From a virus (lineage: Duplodnaviria; Caudoviricetes), in the IMG/VR virus record IMGVR_UViG_3300010361_000016, positions 1 through 47,788 of that record: 47,788 bases of DNA. One strand, given 5' to 3'. Below the pieces are notes generated by a model. It made no database searches and was not told the origin of the DNA. It saw nothing but the letters and a program-made list of their open reading frames with translations. A program made the position numbers and the translations under genes. Numbering within the stretch: the first letter of the stretch is position 1; each line of letters opens with the position of its first letter. This document shows positions 26,801 to 36,034 of the stretch, in pieces.

Positions 26801-27833
26801 TCTCACTCCACACCCGGATCGAGTACGCGCTGATCGACGTGAGATCAAACGCGCCTCCCCGTGGCGCACCCCCCGTCGTGATCGTGCCCGACACCGGCCC
26901 CACCGGGATGAGCGTCGAGAGACGGTTCCACTTCGGCCAGTTGTTGTTCGCCGCGGCCTGTAGCTCCTGGTGCTTCATCCCCCACGTGACCGTGCGCCCG
27001 CTGCCGTCCGTGAGCGTGAACTGGAACGCCACCGGCCCCTTATGCCACTTCCGCCACGACCCCGGATCACACCCGAGCCCCAGCCAGAACGTGAGGTGCG
27101 TGCGCCCGGTGATGTCCACCGGCACCGGCAGCGTCCTCGTGTAGACCATGGGGCTGTTCTGGTCGGACAGGGTGTGGTCCCACTTGGCCGACCAGTTCCC
27201 CACCTGCGTCCCGTACGCCGCTGCGCTCACCGGAGCCTGACTCCACCACGCGCCCTGCGTGCTGCTGCCAACGGTGGAGTAGTCATCGATCACCACCGGC
27301 ACGAGAGGCTGAAGGTCACCGGCCAGCGGGCTATCGAAGTACAGGTACGAGAGGTCATCGGAGCGCCCGTAGGGCATGGCGTCGAACGAGAGCACCAGCT
27401 CGGCTAGGCGCTGCTTGTCGTTCTTCACGTCATACGTGACCGTCGCCGCCTTCGCGCGCCAGCACTCGAAGACCGTGTTCCGCGCCCCGTTGGACCCATC
27501 GGGAGCCCACTGAAGCTGGAACTCATCCACGTCGATCGCGGAGAGGATCGCCTCGCGCGCACCTGCCAGGGTGAGCCTGTCGGCCACAGGATCGCCCGTG
27601 TTCGGCACGATGATCACCACGGGAATGTCAAAGCTGCGGTTAGACATCCGCCAGCCCACGGGCCGCTCCCCGTCGCCCATCAGCGACATCGTGAAGTCAA
27701 TCACGGGCTGCGGGCTGCCGAACGTGTACTGCGTGCCCAGCCGGAAGATCGCGCCCGCGCACATCGGCAGGTTAGACACCACCCCGCCGCCGAGCAGCTC
27801 GAAGTGATGCGCCAGCAGCAGCGAGTCAGCCAT
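23832..27833 (-). CDS. large minor tail protein (Dit-like) with carbohydrate-binding-like modules and Gly-rich segments
   Basis: Follows the tape measure; CBM4/9-like module, two tandem F.GT...G...GIA.V.xDGG...GL...HT domains, GGGGG runs. Confidence 0.8.
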   Translation of the reverse strand: MADSLLLAHHFELLGGGVVSNLPMCAGAIFRLGTQYTFGSPQPVIDFTMSLMGDGERPVGWRMSNRSFDIPVVIIVPNTGDPVADRLTLAGAREAILSAIDVDEFQLQWAPDGSNGARNTVFECWRAKAATVTYDVKNDKQRLAELVLSFDAMPYGRSDDLSYLYFDSPLAGDLQPLVPVVIDDYSTVGSSTQGAWWSQAPVSAAAYGTQVGNWSAKWDHTLSDQNSPMVYTRTLPVPVDITGRTHLTFWLGLGCDPGSWRKWHKGPVAFQFTLTDGSGRTVTWGMKHQELQAAANNNWPKWNRLSTLIPVGPVSGTITTGGAPRGGAFDLTSISAYSIRVWSETRSWVRQDVHVLSGFLSWLAASPHAAPRRVASERGGEYVLQGIVGTAPTQLNIHAQLGFQTLVPSTKTYNLPGTPGSTHNYIPGATTGNSGALGPNPNWLFGDTANFEHGTKGTWTGNDGLATNCGFYLWNGDANTGQYSLQINPSAAGNVTCASWPASSNSTLGVPCQAGDKIRVGLSMKVGTSGTGRVVNVGAEFFNAANASLGAVYAPAATGSATAGSAWQQLYGTVTAPANAQFARLLPQVIGMQVTPATDTVFLDDLYIAPCLMASVITEGGGGAGGGVSPNWTTAGGGGGGEISWETQVELTPYVPVAVPGYPVSSGQHQYGRGSGGMPLPASDMPVWYDAEPGAPGVTFGGSWGAFGGTGYLNRQMRATTTTGNTCTFKFKGTSVAWLGTRGPSRGIANVSLDGGAAVAVDCYNTYGSDGPGFCWQVQGLSNTAHTLKITCTGTFNGSATAPWVGVDAFVVNHNLIMTDDTDPAITYTGGFTAFSMGPSYWQQTDHSCSASGTASFTFNGTGCVWYGFKGNNHGIATVQVDGGTAVTVDTYAVNQYIGPIWQVTGLAPGNHTVLITATNTKNANSSANWVDVDAIGYWGHGSGGSGGRSWFQGTTMLVQAAGGKGGANVLIADYSSGPGGAGGNLGANAHHYAGGNGGAGGATNNPTLNAGGGGGGASDGGAGNVGGTPGFGLGGNAGAFPVQGGAGGAGQHSGGGDGYKGEAPGGGGGGASCQIYPHAGGQGGSGLVQVRVTHWNSVRNTLPAVIVHKPRHPNVLEKPVLQVGAGLDVPNGREFMVPRVAGFHARYRGTYTVLLVAYAWHGTAARQVTVTVRQYEAAGGAVSLASVAQSIVPGGVANQICNLGEITLPVKDMADDNTDSYFTVAVTSGDTADRFLDVLLLNTEGSLAWISLPGAGYADYYVDAPELGVNVGRVLGSMDDRDRAVSVLGSTLLTGGPFRLVPGENIFTVYSPSGMPALQGEYWPRWWAERLS

Positions 27834-27836
27834 GCC

Positions 27837-28121
27837 TCACCTCACGTACGCCTGACCGGGCCAGCCGAGCGTGTGCTTCACCACGCCAGGCACGACGACC
27901 GGGGCGGAGGGTGTCTTATACACCCCGAGCACACCTCCCGGCGGGCTGTACGCCGGACCCTGGAACACGCTCGAAGTCTTCCCGCACACCAGTCCCGACA
28001 CCACCACTGACGACGGGGCAGGACCGTCCTGGCCGTTCCACACCTGAGCCGTCGTCCCCCCGTCCGCGCTCGTGTACGTCACCAGGCAGAACGCGTCCGC
28101 GTACCTGTACCCCGTAGCCAC
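27837..28121 (-). CDS. hypothetical virion protein
   Basis: Fills the gap between TMP and the tail gene. Confidence 0.6.
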   Translation of the reverse strand: MATGYRYADAFCLVTYTSADGGTTAQVWNGQDGPAPSSVVVSGLVCGKTSSVFQGPAYSPPGGVLGVYKTPSAPVVVPGVVKHTLGWPGQAYVR

Positions 28122-31100
28122 TACCTCGCCCCCAGCCTCGCCGCCTGCGCGAGTGCGCTAGACGGAGCGTTCATCGCCTTCGTCACGCCCGCCGCCACCT
28201 TGCCAGGCACCTGCTCCATGGTGGCGCGCAGCTTCCGCAGCTCCATGATCACGTCACCGCCGCCGCCCTGCGTGTTAAGCACCCACTCGCCCGCCTCGAA
28301 CGTGTAGTTAGTCCCCGAGGGACCGAGCCCCACCACAGGCTCCGGTATCGGCCCGCCGAACTGGTAATGGCGCACCTTACCGCCCCGCATGTAACCGGGG
28401 AGGTGCATCGCCGCCGCGACCGCGTTCGCTGACGACTCACGCAAGCCGATGGACTGCGACGGGTCACGCGGTGCCTCGAACAAGTACAGGTACGCGTCCG
28501 CCGCCAGCTTCGGTGAGGTGGAGCGCATGAGCTGCGCCATCGCGCCCGGACCCCGCTGCCTGTTGTACGTCAGGATCGCGTTCATCTGCGTGAACAGGTC
28601 ACGCGCTATGTTCCCCGTGATGGGCGACGGACCCGGCCCCGGCCACGTCCCCGTCCACTGGATGAGCCCCTGACCGCCGCCTCCCCCGATCTCGGTGGAC
28701 TCCGGGTTGCCTCCCGACTCCGCCATGATGTTCCCGGCTATGCCCGCAGCGGCCCACGGGGAGTAGCCGTGCGCCACCAGGAAATCGGTGATGTACTTCC
28801 AGTTCGCCGGAAGGACTCCGTGCGCCATCGTCGTCGCCCCGGCGACTCCGGTGAAGCTCGGCGGCGGCGGGAGGCGCACACCCACGACGAAGCCGCCGAT
28901 GTTGCTCTGCGTCACCCCGTACGCGGTGCCCAGCGCGCTCACCTGGCGGTTCGGACCCATGGCCATCCCGACGTGCCCGATGCCCCCGAAACGCGACGGG
29001 CCGGGATCTGCGCCCCGCTGGAACACGATGTCGCCTGCCATGAGCTGCGCCTGCGTGCGGATGAGCTTGTCACCGTCGTAGGACGCAAACCAGTCCGCCT
29101 CCGACGCGGCCACGCTGGAGGACTGCGGCAGCGGAATGCCAGCGGCGCGTGCCGCTGTGTAGAGCAGCCCCGAGCAGTCGAAGTAGGTGGGACCATACCG
29201 CCCGAGCGTCTGGGAGTACGGGTGCCCCTGCTTGGACAGGAAGTAGTTCAGGAGCGCCTGCCCGCCGCCGTACGAGCCCCCGAGCGCACCGCTGCCACCG
29301 GAGAACATCGACTCGATGTGCGAGGTCACGTAGTGCACCGCGCCGGACAGGATCTTCTTCATCTCTTTCTCGGGAATGTTGAACTTCATCTTGTCCGTCT
29401 GCGCCAGCTTCGCCGGGAGCGCGACTAGCGTCTCCACCGCGCTCCGTATCGGCCCGATCAGCTCCGACGCCGAGTGGATGAGGCCAACGAGCGTGGACAG
29501 TCCGGGGACATTCTCCGTCGCCCAGTGACCCGCTGCCTCAGCGCCGTGAAGCGCACCACCGACGACGGACTTAGCGAAGTGCACGATGCCGCCGAGCTGG
29601 AATCCGGGCACCCCCCAGCGCGCCAGGGTGGACGCGTTCCGCGCCGTCGTCACCTTATCGACCACGGCCTCTCCGGGCTCCAGCAGCGCGGGCACCACAT
29701 CACCCCCGCCATAGCCACCGCCCACGCGACCGCCCGTCTGCCAGCCCGTCATCGACACCGTGGGCAGTGTCGGCGTGCCGAGGAAATCGTGCACCTTATT
29801 GACCACCGAGGCGAACGGATTCCACACGTACTTGACGATGATCTTCATCGGCGCTTCGATGACGTCCTTGATGCCCGTCCACACCGTCGAGATCGCGCCG
29901 ACGATGAGCCCCCACGCCGCCGACGCCGTTGTCTTAAACGTGTTCCACACCGTCGAGAACCACCCGGCGAGCGTGTTCCACGAGCCCTTGATCCCGTTGA
30001 CGAAACCGTTCCACTCCCACATCACCGCGCCCGTGATGGCGCTCCAGAGCGTGTGGAGGATGTTCAGCCAGCCCGTCCACTCGTCATGGAACCACTGCTT
30101 GAGGTGCGACCACAGCCAGCCGATCCCCTTATCCACGTCCATGAGCGCGTGCCAGATCAGCATGATCGCGTCCGACACCGCCTGCCAGAGCGCCTGCACG
30201 ATGCGGACCCAGCCCGTCCACTCGTCATGGAAGAACGTCTTGATGACGTCCCACGCGGCCTGCGCCGCTGCCCACAGCTTGTTCCAGATGAGCATCACCG
30301 CGCCGCTGATCGCGTTCCAGACCGTCTTCACCACGCCGAGGAAAGCATTCCACGCGGCGGTGAGCCACTTCTGCGTCTGCGACCAGTGCAGCACCATCCA
30401 CACGACCGCCGCGCCGAACGGCCCGATGATGAACGTGAGGAGCAGCGGCCCCCATGTCTTCAGGAACGTGAGCACGTCACCGAACACGTGCGGGATCGTC
30501 TTCGTAAAGAAATTGACTAGCGGCTGGATGAGGTCACGGTCGATCGCGTGCCACGCGTCGAAGAACCACTTGCTGATGTCCTGAAGCGCCGTCTGGATGA
30601 AGTCGCGGAACTCCTTACTGCGCTTGTAGAGGATCACGAACCCGACCACGAGCGCGGCTATGGCGACGGCCACGAGCACGAGCGGGTCCGCCATGAGCAC
30701 GACGTCGAGCGCCTCCTGCACCGCCGTGAATGCCTTAGTCGCCGCCTCCCAGATCTTCATCGCCACTACCACCGTGCCGATCGTGGCAGCAAGGCCGATG
30801 AGGATGGACGACAGGATCTTCGCTGGCATCGACGTGCCCTTAAGCCAGTCGTACATCCGCGCGATCACCGGGCCGACATCGTTCGTGATGTAGCCGATCA
30901 CCTTCGTGAACGCCGGGAGCAGCGTGTTCGTGAGCATCCCCGCCAGCGCCGAGAATGCGGGCAGCAGTTGAGAGGCAGCGGTCGCGGACGTGTTCGCTAG
31001 CTGCGCGTGCAGCGCGTCCATCTTCCCGCCGAACGTGCCTATGTACGCGGTCGCCTGCCCCCCGATCCGCTTCTCCATCAGCCCCATGACCTCTTCGGTG

Positions 31101-31777
31101 CGTGAGGCTGCATCACCCGTTGACTTGAAGTGCTTCGGCAGCGCCGACGCCGAGATGCCTAGCTGCGCGAGCGCACGCGTGTTCCCCGACGCGGCACGCG
31201 CCAGCGTGTCCGACGCCTGCGCGAGATCGATGTGCTTATAGCGCGCCAGGTCCGCCGCCACGCTCATCGCCTTGATCGCCGTCTCGCTGCTGCCCGTGGA
31301 CGTCACCAGGCGCAGCATCCCGGCGTTGACCTCACCCTGCGTGAAGCCGAGCTTCGCCATCTTCGCCCCGGTGTCCTCCACCTCGGGACGGAACTTAGAC
31401 CACTCGATACGGGCGTCTTTCGCCGCCTGCTGAAGCGGAGCCCAGCCCTCAGTGCGCGCCTCTTTCACGCCGTCCTTGAACAGCTCGAAGACACCCTCCG
31501 CGCCGAACACCGCCATCGACGCGGAGGCCATGGTCTCGCCCAGCGACTTCCCGAACTCCCCGCCCGCCTCCGCGCCCGCTTTCTTCCCCTCCGTGGCGAC
31601 GTGCTCTTTAGCACCCTCGGACACGCCGCCCGCCATCTCACGGCCCGCGACCTTGCCCTGCTCGCGCATGCTCGCGGACTCCTCCGTCACCACCTCATTG
31701 ACAGCGGTGTGGACATCCTCCGTGAACACCTTCTGATCCACCCGGAGGCGCACGAACACGTCAGCGATCGAGGGCAC
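28121..31777 (-). CDS. tape measure protein with NlpC/P60 and phage tail lysozyme domains
   Basis: Trp-periodic helical repeats; FDCSGL...GHVGM; AAGIAGNIMAESG.NP..GLIQWT..FEAP. Confidence 0.9.
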   Translation of the reverse strand: MPSIADVFVRLRVDQKVFTEDVHTAVNEVVTEESASMREQGKVAGREMAGGVSEGAKEHVATEGKKAGAEAGGEFGKSLGETMASASMAVFGAEGVFELFKDGVKEARTEGWAPLQQAAKDARIEWSKFRPEVEDTGAKMAKLGFTQGEVNAGMLRLVTSTGSSETAIKAMSVAADLARYKHIDLAQASDTLARAASGNTRALAQLGISASALPKHFKSTGDAASRTEEVMGLMEKRIGGQATAYIGTFGGKMDALHAQLANTSATAASQLLPAFSALAGMLTNTLLPAFTKVIGYITNDVGPVIARMYDWLKGTSMPAKILSSILIGLAATIGTVVVAMKIWEAATKAFTAVQEALDVVLMADPLVLVAVAIAALVVGFVILYKRSKEFRDFIQTALQDISKWFFDAWHAIDRDLIQPLVNFFTKTIPHVFGDVLTFLKTWGPLLLTFIIGPFGAAVVWMVLHWSQTQKWLTAAWNAFLGVVKTVWNAISGAVMLIWNKLWAAAQAAWDVIKTFFHDEWTGWVRIVQALWQAVSDAIMLIWHALMDVDKGIGWLWSHLKQWFHDEWTGWLNILHTLWSAITGAVMWEWNGFVNGIKGSWNTLAGWFSTVWNTFKTTASAAWGLIVGAISTVWTGIKDVIEAPMKIIVKYVWNPFASVVNKVHDFLGTPTLPTVSMTGWQTGGRVGGGYGGGDVVPALLEPGEAVVDKVTTARNASTLARWGVPGFQLGGIVHFAKSVVGGALHGAEAAGHWATENVPGLSTLVGLIHSASELIGPIRSAVETLVALPAKLAQTDKMKFNIPEKEMKKILSGAVHYVTSHIESMFSGGSGALGGSYGGGQALLNYFLSKQGHPYSQTLGRYGPTYFDCSGLLYTAARAAGIPLPQSSSVAASEADWFASYDGDKLIRTQAQLMAGDIVFQRGADPGPSRFGGIGHVGMAMGPNRQVSALGTAYGVTQSNIGGFVVGVRLPPPPSFTGVAGATTMAHGVLPANWKYITDFLVAHGYSPWAAAGIAGNIMAESGGNPESTEIGGGGGQGLIQWTGTWPGPGPSPITGNIARDLFTQMNAILTYNRQRGPGAMAQLMRSTSPKLAADAYLYLFEAPRDPSQSIGLRESSANAVAAAMHLPGYMRGGKVRHYQFGGPIPEPVVGLGPSGTNYTFEAGEWVLNTQGGGGDVIMELRKLRATMEQVPGKVAAGVTKAMNAPSSALAQAARLGAR
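30068..30232. repeat. 24-bp exact direct repeat within TMP (FHDEWTGW), 141 bp apart
   Basis: CCAGCCCGTCCACTCGTCATGGAA at 30068 and 30209. Confidence 0.85.
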
Positions 31778-32210
31778 TAGCTCACCTCCCCGCCTACCGC
31801 GTTCATCAGCCTGACCACCTCAGCGCGCCTCGCCTCCGGGTCACCCGCCACGGGCTCATCCTCGGGGCGGAGCAGCTCCGCAAGCTGCTCGGACGGCGGG
31901 GTGTACTCCATGAGCCCCGACGCGCCGAAACCCTGGCACAGACCGGCGAGCAGGCGGAGCATGTCCTGCCTGTCCGCCAGCTCACCCCAGGTGACCTCGG
32001 CTGCATCGCACACCTCCCTAACGCTGTACGCCGCGTGCGGGTCCGCTTGCGCTTGTGGTCCTGCGGACGCCGCGCCGATGCGCGTGGTGCCCGGTGCAGC
32101 GGCGGGTCCGCGAACTCGACGTCTCCCTCCGGAAGCGAGATGATCTGCAACCTGCGCTCGGCCGTCTCCACGGCTCCATCTGAGGAGGATGACGACCGAC
32201 TCGTAGGGCG
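31777..32210 (-). CDS. tail assembly chaperone, -1 frame extension (G-T-like)
   Basis: -1 frame open from about 32247 to 31777: PYESVVILLRW...AYSVREVCDAAEVTW... Confidence 0.55.
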
Positions 32211-32576
32211 CGACGTGCTCTCGTTCACCGCCCGTTCCATCTCCGCGTTAATCTGCTGCATGATCGCCACCAGCACGTCGGGGTCGGTGCGCTCACGGCG
32301 CAGGTGCGCGCGGAACTTCCGGTACTCCTCACCCGGCATCATGAGCCGGAAGAAACGCGCCGTGAACGCCACGCCCGCAGCGCTCCGCACGTCGATCTCA
32401 TCACCGACAGCCGCGTCCCCCGCCAGCTCCGACCAGGCGAGGATGGCATCCGCGTCCGTCCGCATCTCGCACCCGAACTCCACCTTGTCCAGGGTGAAGG
32501 TGAAGTCGGGCACGCGTGGCGCTAGGGGCTCCTCCGGTTCCTCGTCCCCGGCAGGGTGTGACGTGAACTCGCGCAT
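31806..32576 (-). CDS. tail assembly chaperone (G)
   Basis: Between major tail protein and TMP; GGAGG RBS before ATG 32576; RPTS.SSSSSDG motif. Confidence 0.7.
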   Translation of the reverse strand: MREFTSHPAGDEEPEEPLAPRVPDFTFTLDKVEFGCEMRTDADAILAWSELAGDAAVGDEIDVRSAAGVAFTARFFRLMMPGEEYRKFRAHLRRERTDPDVLVAIMQQINAEMERAVNESTSRPTSRSSSSSDGAVETAERRLQIISLPEGDVEFADPPLHRAPRASARRPQDHKRKRTRTRRTALGRCAMQPRSPGVSWRTGRTCSACSPVCARVSARRGSWSTPRRPSSLRSCSAPRMSPWRVTRRRGALRWSG

Positions 32577-32686
32577 GTGCTGTGCCCTCCATCCGTGCGG
32601 CCCGCAGCGGCACCGTGACTCGCGGAGCGGCGCGGGACACCTGATTACACTTCCCGCCACCGTACGCCCGTGAGCCGCCGGATGGC

Positions 32687-32703
32687 ACTCCCGCCATGGG
32701 AGT
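32687..32703. promoter_or_regulatory. palindromic operator copy 5 (ACTCCCG-CCA-TGGGAGT)
   Basis: One mismatch; intergenic, 22 bp upstream of a - strand TACGGT -10. Confidence 0.65.
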
Positions 32704-32721
32704 ACGGAACGGGCTCAGGAC

Positions 32722-33288
32722 TCAGATCGTGCGCTGCGGGGAAGCCAGGATCGCCTTGAACAGCTTCGCCCCCGACGCGGGCTTCTCCAGCGTGTACTCC
32801 ACGCTGATCGTCGCGTTCGCCGCGCCCTTCTGACGCTGGATGGACATGTCACCTGTCTGGAAGCACTGACGGAATAGCCACCGCTCCGTATGATCCTCGG
32901 ACTCGAAGCCGAGCATGCGCCTGACCTCCGTGCCCAGGTCCGGGGGCTCGAAGCTCGTGATCCCCGTGCCCGCCGTCAGCGCCGAGCTAGGCGCGTTCGC
33001 CGCGCGCATCAGGTTGGTGGCAGTCAGCTCCGCGAGCATGAACGTCACCGTAGACGTGCGGCCCGTGGTGGCTATCTGCACCGGGTCCAGCTCCTCCGCC
33101 ACCTGCACCGGGTTAGTCGCCAGCGCGTACTTGAACAGCGAGCCCTGCTCCGTGTACCCGAGTGCTTTCCAGTTCGGGGACACCGTGGCCCATGCCGTCA
33201 CGAGATCCACGATCTCCGGCGTGCCGATGTCTCCCATGTAGAGGTAACCCGGCCCGAGGGCGAGGTTCTGCGGGTTGCCGCGTGCCAT
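32722..33288 (-). CDS. major tail protein
   Basis: LGPG.LY...W..LGYTE.G..F...V.EELDP...F.LAE.T..NL siphovirus tube pattern. Confidence 0.85.
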   Translation of the reverse strand: MARGNPQNLALGPGYLYMGDIGTPEIVDLVTAWATVSPNWKALGYTEQGSLFKYALATNPVQVAEELDPVQIATTGRTSTVTFMLAELTATNLMRAANAPSSALTAGTGITSFEPPDLGTEVRRMLGFESEDHTERWLFRQCFQTGDMSIQRQKGAANATISVEYTLEKPASGAKLFKAILASPQRTI

Positions 33289-33290
33289 GC

Positions 33291-33584
33291 TTACTCACTC
33301 CCTCCGCCCTCAGCCTCGCTGGCCGGGGTGCTCTCTGTGTCCGGTGAGGCAGGCGCGGAGAGCTGCCCGGCGAACTGCTCCGGCACCTCCACCTTCCCAC
33401 CCCACCCGTTCGGCTCCACGAGCGACGGCTCCACCTGATCGCCCTTCCGGAACGCTGCCACCGGCATCGTGCCAGCCTCCGGATGCCACACGAACAGGTC
33501 CTCCGTCGCCACGTAGTACGGAGGCACCGTGACCTCATCCGGCTCCGGCGCTGCCGGTGGCACTGCCCTGCGATGTCCTGGCAT
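33291..33584 (-). CDS. hypothetical protein
   Basis: GGGAGG RBS; synteny. Confidence 0.65.
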   Translation of the reverse strand: MPGHRRAVPPAAPEPDEVTVPPYYVATEDLFVWHPEAGTMPVAAFRKGDQVEPSLVEPNGWGGKVEVPEQFAGQLSAPASPDTESTPASEAEGGGSE

Positions 33585-33597
33585 GTCTCGCGCCTCC

Positions 33598-33951
33598 CTA
33601 ACTCATCTGGTACGCCAGCGCGGTCACGGACGCGACCGCGCTGAAGGACACGTGCACCTGCCCATCGCTGGGATCGGCAAAGGTGGACGCCGGGAAAGGA
33701 CCGTATAGCCTGTCCCCGGCTGCTGCCACAGCCGGGGCCAAGGCCAGCGGCGCGAGGAACGTGCCGGACGGTCCCGCGTTGGCCCCCGCGTTAATGACCG
33801 TCACCGTCACCGCGCCCGCGCCCGCGTTCTTCACGCGAAGATAGATACGGTCACCTGGCGGGAACGTGTCGTTGTTCGCCACCGCCACACCGGCAGCCGT
33901 CATGTCCACGCCCGCCACGCGTGACACGACCGTTGGCACATACGCTGTCAT
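33598..33951 (-). CDS. virion structural protein, paralog of 33965-34324
   Basis: FP.G..I.LRV.N...GP.GT...LAP...GDR..GPFP...FADP.DG.VHV. Confidence 0.7.
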   Translation of the reverse strand: MTAYVPTVVSRVAGVDMTAAGVAVANNDTFPPGDRIYLRVKNAGAGAVTVTVINAGANAGPSGTFLAPLALAPAVAAAGDRLYGPFPASTFADPSDGQVHVSFSAVASVTALAYQMS

Positions 33952-33964
33952 GTCTCCTCCGAAC

Positions 33965-34324
33965 TCACGTAGTGGCCAGCGCGTAGACACCGACCAGGCA
34001 CCCCGTGACGCCGCCGCCGTAGTAGCCGACGTGCACGTATCCGTCCGTTGGGTCAGCGAAGGGCACGGAAGGGAACGGGCCGAACATCCTGTCCCCTCCC
34101 ACCGGGATCGTGGGCGCTAGCTGAAAGCCCGTGATCGACGTCCCGTTCGGCCCTGGCTGCGTCACGTTCGCAACGATGTAGATGGGCTGCGCCGCGCCGT
34201 TCTGCACGCGCAGGAAGATGTGCCCGCCCGCCGGGAAGATGTCACCGGCAGCGCACTGGATCAGTGGTGCCTTAAGGTCAGCGCCAGCAAGCCGGCTCAC
34301 GGGGATGGGTACCAGGGTGCTCAT
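33965..34324 (-). CDS. virion structural protein, paralog of 33598-33951
   Basis: Same motif string; ATGA-coupled. Confidence 0.7.
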   Translation of the reverse strand: MSTLVPIPVSRLAGADLKAPLIQCAAGDIFPAGGHIFLRVQNGAAQPIYIVANVTQPGPNGTSITGFQLAPTIPVGGDRMFGPFPSVPFADPTDGYVHVGYYGGGVTGCLVGVYALATT

Positions 34325-34758
34325 GACTCGTCCTCGCACATCACGAACTCGGCCTCCACGCTGAAGCAGTACAGCTCACCGGAGTCAGGCGGCATCGGCA
34401 CCCACACCGGACCCACATGGCCATCGGCCACGAGGATGATGACGTTCGTGTTCGGCACGCGCTGCGGGCAGCCCTGCAAGTCTTCCCACGCTGACCGGAG
34501 CGCAGCGGCGGCGGTCTCAGCCGTGTCCGTGGTGCCCCCGTACACCTGCGCCATGAGACGCGCCCGCGCCACCTGGTTATCCTCCGCCACCGGAGAGTCG
34601 GGCTGCTCCGGGGTGCGCGTGAGGACGGCATACGAGCCATCGGCAGGGGACCGCTGGTGAAGCAGGTACGCGCCACGCGACAGCGGGTTACCGTTGCCCA
34701 CCAGGTCACCCCGCGCGTTCACCCAGGCACGGAGAGCGGACTCGGCGGCGATGCTCAT
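34321..34758 (-). CDS. tail terminator-like protein
   Basis: Synteny; E.ALRAW...R...QVYGGT...AE pattern. Confidence 0.65.
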   Translation of the reverse strand: MSIAAESALRAWVNARGDLVGNGNPLSRGAYLLHQRSPADGSYAVLTRTPEQPDSPVAEDNQVARARLMAQVYGGTTDTAETAAAALRSAWEDLQGCPQRVPNTNVIILVADGHVGPVWVPMPPDSGELYCFSVEAEFVMCEDES

Positions 34759-35300
34759 ACGTGCGCACTCCATCCGTTGAGCGAGTCAGCGGTGCGCTGC
34801 ACGAAGTGCACCGCCTCCGTTCCGGGGTGCTGCACCACCCGCCCGAAAACCTGCCCCGTAGCCCTGTTGCGCAGTGGCCACGGGCCTGTCGAGCGGATCT
34901 CATGTGGAGGTGTCCCGTCGTTCACGTAGCGGGCATACGGCGCTGTCGGGCCGATGATTATGGACCCGTCACCCTGCCTGAATGAGTGCACCGACGTGCG
35001 CAGCGTGCCGCTCGCTGGCAGCGGGAGATCGCCGGGGAGACGTCGCCTGCTGCGCGATGCCCCCGCCTGGTAGCGGACTCCCTTATGCCGTGCGCCTCCC
35101 CCGCCGTACACAGGTCCGGTGGAGCGCCCGAGAGGCACTGGCTGCGCGTACACCGGGAGCACCGGGGACACCGGGCAGAGGCGCTTCATCGTCCTGACCG
35201 CCTCCCCCGCGAGCCTGTCCATGGCAGCGAGGACAGCACGGTCACGCGCCACCATGCGTATCGCGGCGGCGTCATACTCGACCCTGACCTCACCCGCCAT
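34755..35300 (-). CDS. HK97 gp10-like neck/tail completion protein
   Basis: CPV...SGTLRTS...YARYVNDGT.PH.I...V.HPGT...F. Confidence 0.75.
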   Translation of the reverse strand: MAGEVRVEYDAAAIRMVARDRAVLAAMDRLAGEAVRTMKRLCPVSPVLPVYAQPVPLGRSTGPVYGGGGARHKGVRYQAGASRSRRRLPGDLPLPASGTLRTSVHSFRQGDGSIIIGPTAPYARYVNDGTPPHEIRSTGPWPLRNRATGQVFGRVVQHPGTEAVHFVQRTADSLNGWSAHV

Positions 35301-35791
35301 CACTGCCACCCCCAGCGCCGCAGGAGGTAGTTCGTCCCCGACCCAGGCGACTCGTCGCCCCACGGCGGCGGGTCCGGCATCGCCCACTCGGGGTAGGCAT
35401 CCACGATCCCGGCACCATGCTCAGCCAGGACGCGCTTCAGCGTGTCGAGCGCATCACCCGCACGCGCATCGAGCGCCGCGTACGTGCGAATGTCCGCGTC
35501 CCGGTTCGGGTACGCGATCTCGATGTCAGCAGCAGCGCGCCACTCCGCGGCCTGCTTCGCTGCTACCTGAATCTCCGGAGTGAGGGCATCCGCCGTAGGC
35601 ATCTCGCCAACGTCAGCCACGAGCGCCGCCACCGTGTCATCGATGATCTGCTGCGCCTGCGTGTCCGTGGGCGTGGTGTTAGCGGTGAAGGTGCCGAGCA
35701 GCGTGTCACTCCCAGGAGACGTGCTGTCGCGCGTCCGCGTCGGGATGTGACGGGCAACGTCCGTCAGCTCGGGTGCCCACACTTCCGTCAT
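35300..35791 (-). CDS. head-to-tail adaptor
   Basis: W.P...DVA.HIPTRT...GTF...T.PT..Q; follows the capsid gene. Confidence 0.7.
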   Translation of the reverse strand: MTEVWAPELTDVARHIPTRTRDSTSPGSDTLLGTFTANTTPTDTQAQQIIDDTVAALVADVGEMPTADALTPEIQVAAKQAAEWRAAADIEIAYPNRDADIRTYAALDARAGDALDTLKRVLAEHGAGIVDAYPEWAMPDPPPWGDESPGSGTNYLLRRWGWQ

Positions 35792-35794
35792 GGC

Positions 35795-36034
35795 TCACTC
35801 CGCCTTATGCGCCGTGCGCCTGGCGGGTGTCTTCTCCTCGGCGGCTTCCGCTGCGGGAGCGGGTGAGGCCACCTCCTCGATCAGACCTGACGACAGGTGA
35901 TGCTTCACCCACTCGTCGGACGCGTCCGCTGGCACCGGGGCACCAGCGTAGAGTCCGATGATGCGCATGCCGTCAGCCGTCTCCGTCTTCACGGTCACGT
36001 ACGCGCCCGTGACCCTGTACGCCGTCGCGCTCAC
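35795..36034 (-). CDS. small hypothetical protein after MCP
   Basis: GTGA-coupled to the MCP stop; HHLSSGLIEEV. Confidence 0.65.
   Translation of the reverse strand: MSATAYRVTGAYVTVKTETADGMRIIGLYAGAPVPADASDEWVKHHLSSGLIEEVASPAPAAEAAEEKTPARRTAHKAE

Noticed and set aside
22124-27833. Diversity-generating retroelement or invertible tail-fibre system
   Set aside because: No reverse transcriptase or invertase and no TR/VR-like near-identical repeat; the tandem tail domains are diverged protein repeats
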